From Candidatus Iainarchaeum sp. (GTDB lineage Archaea > Iainarchaeota > Iainarchaeia > Iainarchaeales > CSSED10-239): DNA of 32,000 nt. Numbering within the stretch: the stretch's first letter is position 1; each line of letters begins with the position of its first letter. Positions 9,617 through 17,851 of this stretch are shown piece after piece. Where the stretch lies: NCBI GenBank assembly GCA_028700115.1, contig JAQVTI010000010.1:4528-36527 (forward strand), written 5' to 3'. The notes under the pieces were generated by a model. It had not been told where the DNA came from and did no database searches. It saw only the letters and a program-made list of their open reading frames with translations. Position numbers and translations under genes: made by a program.

Positions 9617-9939
9617 TTAAAAAATCAAAAGTAGTTTTTATTGATAATAAAATTGAAAAAATATTTTATAAATTAGACGATAATGATCCTATTAAAAAAT
9701 CAATTATCAAAGCAATAAAAGAACTTAAACAAAATGCTTTTTCAGGAATACAGATACCTAAAAAGTTAATTCCTAAAGAATATATTAAAAAATATAAAAT
9801 AAATAATTTATGGAAATAGAATTTATCTAAAGGTTAGAGATTATTGTACACTGTAGTTTCTAAAGATGAGATAGAAATAATAACTGCAATTTTAGAATGG
9901 TTTAATCATAAAAAATACGAACATAAAATGAAATATTAA
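9613..9939 (+). pseudogene. RelE/ParE-like toxin gene interrupted by two in-frame TAG stops (9817-9819, 9835-9837)
   Basis: Same-frame translation: MIKKSKVVFIDNKIEKIFYKLDDNDPIKKSIIKAIKELKQNAFSGIQIPKKLIPKEYIKKYKINNLWK*NLSKG*RLLYTVVSKDEIEIITAILEWFNHKKYEHKMKY*. Homologues of this archaeal family carry Tyr and Trp at such positions (NLW.YNLP.GWRLLYT). Confidence 0.75.
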
Positions 9940-9947
9940 TTTACTCT

Positions 9948-10006
9948 TTCTCGGCCAGATGCCCTGCTTGAAAATAGATATATTCTTCCTTAACCTTAAA
10001 TATATA
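9948..10006. repeat. Direct repeat copy 2 (~59 bp)
   Basis: tttctcggccagatgccctgcttgaaaatagatatattcttccttaaccttaaatatat; matches 9212-9270. Confidence 0.9.
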
Positions 10007-10027
10007 CAACCATTTTTTAAAATCTCA

Positions 10028-10051
10028 AAAGACCTTTTATAGAAGGTCTTT
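10028..10051 (+). promoter_or_regulatory. Perfect 9-bp hairpin between TATA-like element and radC start codon
   Basis: AAAGACCTT-TTATAG-AAGGTCTTT. Confidence 0.55.
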
Positions 10052-10067
10052 CTCCCTTCCCCTTAAC

Positions 10068-10736
10068 ATGAGGTTAAAAGAGATCTCTCCAGAAAACAGA
10101 CCGATTGAGAGAATGGAATATTTTGGAGAGGAAAGCTTATCAAATTCCGAACTGCTTGCAATCATTCTAAAGACAGGAACTAGAAAAACTAATATCCTAG
10201 ATTTATCAAACCATATTTTAAATAAATATACTCTTGAAAAACTTAGAAACTGCTCACAACAAGAACTCTGCAAGATACATGGTATAGGAAAAATTAAAGC
10301 TTGCCAGATAAAAGCAATCTTTGAGCTTCACAAAAGAATCTCAACTCCACAAACAAAAGAACTTACTAAAATATATTCGCCTAAACAAATTGTAGATATT
10401 TTAAAACCTGACTTTGAAGGAAAAGAACAAGAGCATTTAATATGTATTTTTCTTAAATCAAATATAATTATTTCAAAAAAAATAATCACAATAGGCACAA
10501 ACAATCAAACATTAATCTCAAATAAAGATATTCTAAAACATGCAATTAAACAAACAGCAGACAGCATAATTATCTCACATAACCATCCACAAGGAGATCC
10601 AACTCCATCAAAAGATGATAGACTGGCTACCAAAAAACTTAAAGATGCATGTAACTCTATTGAGATAATTCTTCTAGATCATATTATAATAGGAGATAAT
10701 AACTATTTTAGTTTTAAAGAAAACCAGATTATATAA
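10068..10736 (+). CDS. radC: RadC/JAB-family (MPN+) DNA repair-type protein
   Basis: RERLLxxG-like N-terminal region and HhH (IHGIGKIKACQI); MPN+ metal motif SHNHPQGDPTPSKDD. Confidence 0.85.
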   Translation: MRLKEISPENRPIERMEYFGEESLSNSELLAIILKTGTRKTNILDLSNHILNKYTLEKLRNCSQQELCKIHGIGKIKACQIKAIFELHKRISTPQTKELTKIYSPKQIVDILKPDFEGKEQEHLICIFLKSNIIISKKIITIGTNNQTLISNKDILKHAIKQTADSIIISHNHPQGDPTPSKDDRLATKKLKDACNSIEIILLDHIIIGDNNYFSFKENQII

Positions 10737-10792
10737 AGTATTAAAAAGACATACATATACTTATATTTTATATAATTTAAAAGTGAGGACTT

Positions 10793-11269
10793 ATGAAATT
10801 TAAATTTTTAGGAATACTTTGTATACTTTCTTTAGTTTTACTTACAAGCACAGTTTCTGCTGAAATTGATTTAGAAAATATAGATTTTGGATATTATTTT
10901 AACAATTTAGAAGAAGCAGGACAAGAACTTCAAGAAAATGTATATCAACTTCCAAATTTTATTAAAAAACAATTAGATAAAGAAATAATATATCTTGAAC
11001 TTGAAGATATTAACACAACTTACAAAGTTAAGATTGAAAAGATTGAAGAAAAATATACAATCACAAAAGAAAACCTTGAAAACTACACAATTGAAATTAA
11101 AACTACAGTTGCAAAACTTCAAGAACTTCTAAACTCAGAAGACAAGATGGATGATTTTAATAAAGCTTTAAAAAACGGATATATCACAATAAAAGGGAAA
11201 GGATTTTTTAATAGCTTACAAACTGGACTTGCTAAATTTTTCTTAAAAGTAGGAAGTTTATTTTCTTAA
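10793..11269 (+). CDS. Secreted hypothetical protein; C-terminus weakly SCP2-like
   Basis: Signal peptide MKFKFLGILCILSLVLLTSTVSAE; SEDKMDDFNKALKNGYITIKGKG; SD-like gtgagg upstream. Confidence 0.45.
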   Translation: MKFKFLGILCILSLVLLTSTVSAEIDLENIDFGYYFNNLEEAGQELQENVYQLPNFIKKQLDKEIIYLELEDINTTYKVKIEKIEEKYTITKENLENYTIEIKTTVAKLQELLNSEDKMDDFNKALKNGYITIKGKGFFNSLQTGLAKFFLKVGSLFS

Positions 11270-12369
11270 ATTTTATAATTTTTTAAAAAATCTATCTGGA
11301 AACTTTCAAAGTTTCCTTCTTTTATTTTTTTTCTTGCTTCTTCTATTAATCTATGAATAAATCTTATATTATGCATAGACATTAAAATTTTAACACCAGG
11401 TTCATTTAATCTATATAGATGATATAAATAAGCTAAAGTATGTTTTTTACAACAAGGACAATCACAATCTTTTTCTACTTTTTCAAAGTTTTCTTTATAG
11501 ATTGCTTTTTTTATATTAATAGGTCCTTTTCTTGTAAATAAAATTCCATGTCTTGCCATCTTTGTAGGATAAATAGAATCAAAACAATCCACCCCTTTTC
11601 CAATAGCTTGAATAATATCTTCAGGAGACCCAACACCCATTAAATATTTTATTTTACCTCTATCTATATGCTCTAGAGAATAATCAATTGCCTTGTGCAT
11701 GTTTTCTTTTGACTCACCTAAAGCAAGACCACCAATTGCAATTCCATCAAATGGTAGAGAATTAATTTCTTTTGCACATTTTTCTCTTAAATCTTTATAT
11801 ATCCCACCCTGAACTATTCCAAAAAGTAATTGATCTTTATTTTTATGTACTTTTATAGCTCTTTTTGCCCAATCAATAGTTCTATTTACTGCAATTTCAT
11901 AGTCTTTTTTAGTTTTATGTGCATCTTGCATATCATCTAAAATCATAGCAACATCAGAAGATATATTATTTTGAAGTTTGATTACTCTTTCAGGAGACAT
12001 AAAATGTTTATCTCCATTAAAAGGTGATCTAAACCAAACTCCTTTATTATTTATCTTAATCATAAATTCTGGATTTTTTAATTGAAAACCTCCAGAATCT
12101 GTAAAAATTCCACCTTTCCAATTTATAAAATTATGATAATCTTTTGTTTTTTTTAAAAGATCTTCTCCTGGTTTTAGATAAAGTAAATATGAATTTGAAA
12201 TAAAACATTTTGTATTCAATTTTTCTAATTGATCTAAAGTTAAATACTTAGCAATACCTTTTGTTACTACAGGCATAAAAAAAGGAGTTTTAATTTCTGC
12301 ATGCTTAGTTTTTAAAACACCTGTTCTTGCAAGTGTATTTTTATCTTTTTTAGAAATTGTAAAACACAT
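11266..12369 (-). CDS. tgt: tRNA-guanine transglycosylase, bacterial/eukaryotic queuine-TGT-like
   Basis: NWKGGIFTDSGGFQL, FGIVQGG, GIAIGGLALGES, YLMGVGSPEDIIQAIGKGVDCFDSIYPTKMARHG, C-terminal zinc motif CDCPCCKKH...HN. Confidence 0.88.
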   Translation of the reverse strand: MCFTISKKDKNTLARTGVLKTKHAEIKTPFFMPVVTKGIAKYLTLDQLEKLNTKCFISNSYLLYLKPGEDLLKKTKDYHNFINWKGGIFTDSGGFQLKNPEFMIKINNKGVWFRSPFNGDKHFMSPERVIKLQNNISSDVAMILDDMQDAHKTKKDYEIAVNRTIDWAKRAIKVHKNKDQLLFGIVQGGIYKDLREKCAKEINSLPFDGIAIGGLALGESKENMHKAIDYSLEHIDRGKIKYLMGVGSPEDIIQAIGKGVDCFDSIYPTKMARHGILFTRKGPINIKKAIYKENFEKVEKDCDCPCCKKHTLAYLYHLYRLNEPGVKILMSMHNIRFIHRLIEEARKKIKEGNFESFQIDFLKNYKI

Positions 12370-12392
12370 ATATAATCAACAACTTTATTTTT

Positions 12393-13256
12393 TTAAAATA
12401 TAAGAAATAAATATTTAGAAACTAATAAAAAAACAATAAGTCCTAAAAAAATAAAAGGACCAAACTTAGGAAGATTATAATAAATTGGAAGTTTTTTTAT
12501 TTTTTTAGATTTTTTAAATCTTAAGATATCTTTTTCTTCAATAACTGTTCTGTTTTTTAATTTTAAATCTTCTAAAGATAAATCTTTTAGATACTCAACA
12601 GCTAAAACATCTCCATCTTCTAGATCATTTACTAACTTATATTCTAAATAAATATATTCTTTAACTTCTTTTTCAAAAATCACAATAAAAAGCCCAAATA
12701 AAATAGGAATTAATATTAAAAAATATAAATAATTAAAATACAAAGTAGAAAAAGAATATATAAGCATAAATAAAAATATTAAAAAGAAAAATACAGATTT
12801 AATTATATAATTTATTTTAGATTTTAATAAATCTAAAAATTTAATTTTTTTAATTCTAAAAACTTTAATAAGTTTAAATGAATAGACTATAGAAATTATA
12901 AAAACAGATAATAATGAAGAAAATAAAATTACCCAAAGAATAGTTAGTTGATTATTTAGATAAGGCAAAACTAAATGAAGACCAATAAATAATTTAATAT
13001 CCCCTCCTCCAAGTTTCCCAAAATAATACAACAAATATCCAATAAGATAAATTAAAACTCCTATTCCAATTACTTTTAAAAAATAAATATAACCTAATAA
13101 ATTAATTATAAAACAATCTAAAACTAAAAAGATTAATCCTAAACAAATTAATGGAAAGCTAAGCCAATTATAAATATATCCTTTTTTAAAATCTGTATAG
13201 CTTGCAATAAAGCAAGCAATTACTATAACTATAATTTTTAAAATTAACAAATCCAT
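12393..13256 (-). CDS. A24-family prepilin/preflagellin peptidase (PibD/FlaK/TadV type)
   Basis: SYTDFKKGYIYNWLS and GGGDIKLF (GxGD aspartyl protease motif), multiple TM segments. Confidence 0.8.
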   Translation of the reverse strand: MDLLILKIIVIVIACFIASYTDFKKGYIYNWLSFPLICLGLIFLVLDCFIINLLGYIYFLKVIGIGVLIYLIGYLLYYFGKLGGGDIKLFIGLHLVLPYLNNQLTILWVILFSSLLSVFIISIVYSFKLIKVFRIKKIKFLDLLKSKINYIIKSVFFFLIFLFMLIYSFSTLYFNYLYFLILIPILFGLFIVIFEKEVKEYIYLEYKLVNDLEDGDVLAVEYLKDLSLEDLKLKNRTVIEEKDILRFKKSKKIKKLPIYYNLPKFGPFIFLGLIVFLLVSKYLFLIF

Positions 13257-13268
13257 ATTTTTTCAAAA

Positions 13269-14666
13269 TTATTTAAATTTAAAATTTTTTGCCATTTGTT
13301 CCATTTGTTTAGGGTCCATTCCTTCCATTTTAGATAAATCTGGTATTTTACCACCCATTTTTCTCATCATAGAATTTATATTCCCACCACGTGCACCAAA
13401 TTGTTTAAACATCTTCCTCATCTTTTTTACATGAGAAATCATTTCTCTAACTTCTTCAAATTTAGTTCCTGAACCTTTAGAAATTCTTTCAATTCTACTT
13501 CTAGTAATATCTTGGGGAATTGAATTTAATTCATTTTTTGTAAAAGAATCAAGTATAAAACCATATTTTTTTATTTTCTCTTGACCCATATTAAGTTGAT
13601 CTTTAGGAATCTTACCACCTATTCCAAGCATATTTATAACTTTTGAAAAAGGACCTAATCTTTTTGTAGCTTTTAATTGCTTTTTAAAAAGATTAAAAGT
13701 AAAGTCTCCTTTCATAAGCTCTTGAGCCATTTTTTCATCAATATCTTCTTCAGTTCCAAGTTCTTTAATTTTTTCTAAAAGACCTTCTAAATCCCCAAAA
13801 CCTAAAATTCTAGAAAGATATCTATTTGCATCAAATATTTCTATATCTTCTAACTTTTCACCAGTTCCTATAAAATAAATAGGGGATTTTGTAATATAAC
13901 ATGCAGTTAATGCTCCACCACCTTTAGCAGAACCATCAAGCTTAGAAATTATAACCCCATTAATACCAATTGCTTGGTTAAACTTTTCTGCTTGTTCTTT
14001 TGCAGCTTGACCAATATCAGCTGAAAGAACTAAAAATGAATATTTTGGTAAAAAAACAGAATTAATATCTTTAATTTCTAGAGTTAATTGATCATCTAAA
14101 GCACTTCTTCCAGCAGTATCTACAATTATTAAATTAACTTTGTCTTTTAATTCTTCTAAACCTTTTTTAACAATCTCACTTGCAATTTTTATAGATTTAT
14201 CTCCATAAAAAAAACACCCCACCTTATCACATAACTGTTTTAATTGTTCATAAGCTGCAGGTCTAAAAACATCTGCACAAATTACACCTACTCTTTTTCC
14301 TCTTTTTCTATAAAAATTAGCAAGCTTTCCAGCACTAGTTGTTTTTCCAGAACCAAAAAGTCCACATAAAAGTATTTTTTCTGGGTTTTCTTCTAATTTT
14401 TTTTCTTGGTCCCCACCTATGTTTTTTAAAATAATATCATAACAAATTTTTACAATATGTTCTTTTCTAGTTAATTCTTCTGGGATTTTTTCAAAAGCTT
14501 TTTCTTCTATCTCTTTTGAAATTTTTAAAACTAATTGAATATTTACATCTGAAGAAATTAAAGCTCTTTGGATATCTTTAATTACTTCTTTTATTAGATC
14601 TTTATCAACATGAATAGAATATTTAACTTTATCAATTGCACTTTTTAACTTATCCCCAAAACCCAT
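13269..14666 (-). CDS. srp54: Signal recognition particle 54 kDa protein
   Basis: GLFGSGKTTSAGKLA, DVFRPAAYEQL, DTAGR, KLDGSAKGGGAL, methionine-rich M domain; start taken as MGFGDKLKSAI. Confidence 0.95.
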   Translation of the reverse strand: MGFGDKLKSAIDKVKYSIHVDKDLIKEVIKDIQRALISSDVNIQLVLKISKEIEEKAFEKIPEELTRKEHIVKICYDIILKNIGGDQEKKLEENPEKILLCGLFGSGKTTSAGKLANFYRKRGKRVGVICADVFRPAAYEQLKQLCDKVGCFFYGDKSIKIASEIVKKGLEELKDKVNLIIVDTAGRSALDDQLTLEIKDINSVFLPKYSFLVLSADIGQAAKEQAEKFNQAIGINGVIISKLDGSAKGGGALTACYITKSPIYFIGTGEKLEDIEIFDANRYLSRILGFGDLEGLLEKIKELGTEEDIDEKMAQELMKGDFTFNLFKKQLKATKRLGPFSKVINMLGIGGKIPKDQLNMGQEKIKKYGFILDSFTKNELNSIPQDITRSRIERISKGSGTKFEEVREMISHVKKMRKMFKQFGARGGNINSMMRKMGGKIPDLSKMEGMDPKQMEQMAKNFKFK

Positions 14667-14795
14667 ATATAACAACTCTTTTATTATAAAAATACAACAA
14701 ATACTAAAATATATTTATATATATTTAGTAAAGAAAGAAATATAAAGGGTTTATCTTATATAAAATAATAACTAAAGAAAAAAAGGTGAAACAAA

Positions 14796-14930
14796 TGCCA
14801 ATTAAAAAAATATTCAAAAAAAAACAAAATAAAAAAATAATCCAAGAAAAAAGAAAAGGATTAACAGAAAAAGAAGCAATTGAAGAATTTAAAAAACATA
14901 TTAGAGAACATACTAGAAAAACTAAATAAT
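14796..14930 (+). CDS. Small basic 44-aa ORF between srp54 and ftsY (not in supplied ORF track)
   Basis: MPIKKIFKKKQNKKIIQEKRKGLTEKEAIEEFKKHIREHTRKTK* preceded by SD-like aaaggtga 5-6 nt before ATG; 9-bp convergent overlap with ftsY. Confidence 0.5.
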
Positions 14931-16409
14931 CCTATTAACTATATAACTTGCAGAAAAATCTTCTAAATCATTATAATTTTGACCTGTTCCTATAAAAAAA
15001 ATTGGCTTTTTAAGCTCATTTAAAATAGAAATTGCAACACCACCTTTAGGGTCAGTATCTATTTTTGTTAAAATAATTCCATCAAGACCAATCTCTGAAT
15101 CAAATTTTGAAATTTGATCAACAATTGATTGCCCAGTTTGAGATTCTCCAATATATATTGTTATATGTGGTTTTATTACTCTTTTAATTTTTTCAAGTTC
15201 TCTTAATAAATTAGAATTTGTATCTTGTCTTCCAGCAGTATCTATTAAAACAATATCATAATTATTAGCTTTTGCAGAAGTAACAGTATCAAAAGCAACA
15301 GCAGCTGGATCAGAACCATAATTTTGTTTAATTATTTTAACTCCAATTCTATTTGCATGTTCTTGTAATTGATCAATACTTCCTGCTCTAAAAGTATCTG
15401 AAGAAGATAAAATTATTTTTTTACCATTATCTTTAAATTTTTTTGCAAACTTTGCAATTGTAGTAGTTTTCCCAGCACCATTTGGACCAACAAATAAAAT
15501 AATTAAAGGTTCTTGTAAATTTTTTGGAATAAATTTATTAAAATCACAATCAATATCAAGCTCTAAAAGTAAACTTTCTTTAATCACATTTTTAATATCT
15601 TCCATTAAATTTTTTTTAGAAAAAGAAGCAGACTTTAACTGTTCTTTCAAACTATTTACAATTGCTTGAGAAGCATTTATTGAAACATCAGCTTCAAGTA
15701 AAGATAACTCAAAATCTTCTAAAAAAAAAGAAATATCACTTTCAGAGAGTTTAATTTTTGAAGAAAATAAAGACTTTAACGAACTAGAAATACCTGTTTT
15801 TATAGAATCTTGCTTTTTAAAACTTAAATCTTGATATTCCTTTGAAGAAAAATCAATTTCTCTTTTAAAACCAGAAGCAAGCTCTTGTTTTGTAAAAGAA
15901 TGACCACTTGGGGGGATATCTTGTTCTTTTTTAATTTTTATTTTTTGTTTTTCTATATATTCTTCTGATTTTAAAAAATTATTTGAATCTCGAGATAAAT
16001 TTTGATTTTGTATAAGATCTTCTTCAACATCAGATTTTATTTTTTCTTCTTCAACATCAGATTTTATTTTTTCTTCTTCAGAAATGTTTTTAATTGAAAT
16101 AGATTTATTTGACTTAACATTATTATTTATTATATTAATATTATTATTTTGACTGTCATTAGCTTCATGTCCAAGAAATAATGGTTTTTCCTTATTTAAA
16201 ATATTTTCATCAGATTTTTCTAAAATATTTTTATTTTGAATAGTTTCAATATTTGATTTATTTTGTAAATCTTTAACTAAATTTTCAGATTTAAAATTAT
16301 TATCTAAAATCTCTTTTGAATCTTTTAAAGAGTCTTTAACTTTTTCTTCTGATTTCCCAAAAACTTTTTCTGCAAACCCTTTAAATTTTTTTTTAAGCAT
16401 CCCAAACAT
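14922..16409 (-). CDS. ftsY: SRP receptor FtsY with long low-complexity N-terminal region
   Basis: FVGPNGAGKTTTIAKFAK, SSDTFRAGSIDQL, LIDTAGRQ, TKIDTDPKGGVAIS. Confidence 0.93.
   Translation of the reverse strand: MFGMLKKKFKGFAEKVFGKSEEKVKDSLKDSKEILDNNFKSENLVKDLQNKSNIETIQNKNILEKSDENILNKEKPLFLGHEANDSQNNNINIINNNVKSNKSISIKNISEEEKIKSDVEEEKIKSDVEEDLIQNQNLSRDSNNFLKSEEYIEKQKIKIKKEQDIPPSGHSFTKQELASGFKREIDFSSKEYQDLSFKKQDSIKTGISSSLKSLFSSKIKLSESDISFFLEDFELSLLEADVSINASQAIVNSLKEQLKSASFSKKNLMEDIKNVIKESLLLELDIDCDFNKFIPKNLQEPLIILFVGPNGAGKTTTIAKFAKKFKDNGKKIILSSSDTFRAGSIDQLQEHANRIGVKIIKQNYGSDPAAVAFDTVTSAKANNYDIVLIDTAGRQDTNSNLLRELEKIKRVIKPHITIYIGESQTGQSIVDQISKFDSEIGLDGIILTKIDTDPKGGVAISILNELKKPIFFIGTGQNYNDLEDFSASYIVNRII
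16021..16080 (-). repeat. 27-bp tandem repeat (2 copies plus partial) within ftsY, encodes EEEKIKSDV
   Basis: tcttcaacatcagattttattttttct repeated at 27-bp offset. Confidence 0.85.
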
Positions 16410-16521
16410 AAAAATCACTAATAATTATAAAATATATAAAATATTAAAGGTAAAAAGATTTAAATAATAAACTAGAATAAGATAAATTAAATAAAAATAA
16501 AAAAAAGATAAATTATAAAAA

Positions 16522-16977
16522 TTAGTTTACAACTTGTTTATCTTGTTTTTTATTTTCAGATATTTGCATTTGATTTAATGCTTTTGAAATTTGTTGTAAT
16601 AACCCTACATTCTTTCTATAACTTTCTGTAAATTTTTTTCTAAGATCTAAAAGTTCTTCTTTTCTTTTCTTTAAATCTTCTAAAATTACAGATAACTCTT
16701 TATCAATCATTATATTCCCTGGAAGAGTAACTTTTGCTTCTTTTTTATTAACAACTTCACATTCTACTAATATCCCAGCACCAACATTAACCATTATTTG
16801 TTCTTTATCTTTTGACTTTGAAACTTCTTTTAATGTTTGCTCTGCTTTATTTACTTCTAATAATAAATTCTCAATTTCTTTTAATCTAGATGTAATTCCA
16901 GATAATTCTTGTTCTTTTTGTTTATATAATGAAATTGTCTGATTTTTATTTAATGTAATTTTTTTATTTTCAACCAT
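16522..16977 (-). CDS. pfdA: Prefoldin subunit alpha
   Basis: Coiled coils flanking VNVGAGILVECEVVNKKEAKVTLPGNIMIDKELSVILEDLKKRKEEL. Confidence 0.82.
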   Translation of the reverse strand: MVENKKITLNKNQTISLYKQKEQELSGITSRLKEIENLLLEVNKAEQTLKEVSKSKDKEQIMVNVGAGILVECEVVNKKEAKVTLPGNIMIDKELSVILEDLKKRKEELLDLRKKFTESYRKNVGLLQQISKALNQMQISENKKQDKQVVN

Positions 16978-17037
16978 ATTTTCACCTTTTAAATATTTTC
17001 TATAAATATTTTATTTTAAAAACATTTTTTAAATAAA

Positions 17038-17709
17038 TTATTTAATATCTACAATTAAATCATCTATTCTTAATAATTCAGCATTACTAGTTTTATTCCC
17101 AATAAATAAAACTTCTCTATTTCCAATAGCATCATTTCCAACAAATGACCCACCATAATTTAATGTAATAGGTATGCCTTTTACTTTTAATTTTTTTGAA
17201 ATATATTTATAATCTATTTCTGATATATTTGGATTTACTAAAAATAAATGATCATTAACATATAATGAAGATCCAATTAAATCTATTCCAGCAATATTTT
17301 TTTTTTCAATATCAACTTTTAAAAAAGAAGATATTTCTTTAATTGTTTGATCTTTTAAAAAATCTGCTGCAAAACCATAATTTGAATTTAAACAAATTAA
17401 ATTTCCTAATGCATTATAATCATTTATAACTTTTACTTTAATTTTTTCTTTTTCTAAAATATCAATTTCTTTTAAAATTGAATCATCTGTTCCAACAACA
17501 ATTTTATCTTTAAGTCCAATTGAAAAAACCCCTAATAATGGAGATTGATTTATAGATGTTTTTATAATTTTTGTTTCTTTAAAATATTCTTTTAATACTT
17601 TTTCTTCTTTTTTTAGAATATTACTAGGAACTAAACAAAATTCTTCAGTTACAAAAGAATTTACCCCTAAATAAGGATTATTATTTATTGTAGTTTTTTT
17701 TAATTTCAT
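17038..17709 (-). CDS. eif6: Translation initiation factor aIF6
   Basis: TSINQSPLLGVFSIGLKDKIVVG, NDYNALGNLICLNSNYG, GIPITLNYGGSFVGNDAIGN. Confidence 0.85.
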   Translation of the reverse strand: MKLKKTTINNNPYLGVNSFVTEEFCLVPSNILKKEEKVLKEYFKETKIIKTSINQSPLLGVFSIGLKDKIVVGTDDSILKEIDILEKEKIKVKVINDYNALGNLICLNSNYGFAADFLKDQTIKEISSFLKVDIEKKNIAGIDLIGSSLYVNDHLFLVNPNISEIDYKYISKKLKVKGIPITLNYGGSFVGNDAIGNREVLFIGNKTSNAELLRIDDLIVDIK

Positions 17710-17851
17710 TTAAAATTACCTATTTAAAATTAATTATAAAATAAAAAAATAAAAGAAAAAAATTTCTTTTATTAATTGTTTTAGTTTATTTTTTCTTTAA
17801 AGAATAAAATAATTAAAAAAATCAAAAATAATTTATTTTTAGATCTATTAA

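Noticed and set aside
9613-9939. TAG recoding (pyrrolysine or other) to explain the interrupted toxin gene
   Set aside because: TAG serves as the terminal stop of well-bounded genes here (aspS at 5205-5207, SpoIIM gene at 6755-6757, ftsY at 14922-14924, the 4276 end), and expected residues at the two sites are Tyr and Trp. Pseudogenisation is simpler.
9212-10006. IS element or MITE explanation
   Set aside because: The repeats are direct, not inverted; no transposase or obvious target-site duplication could be seen. Kept only as a cassette-boundary hypothesis.
10037-10273. 78-aa minus-strand ORF
   Set aside because: Fully antisense to the N-terminus of RadC, starts in the leader hairpin region, no family features.
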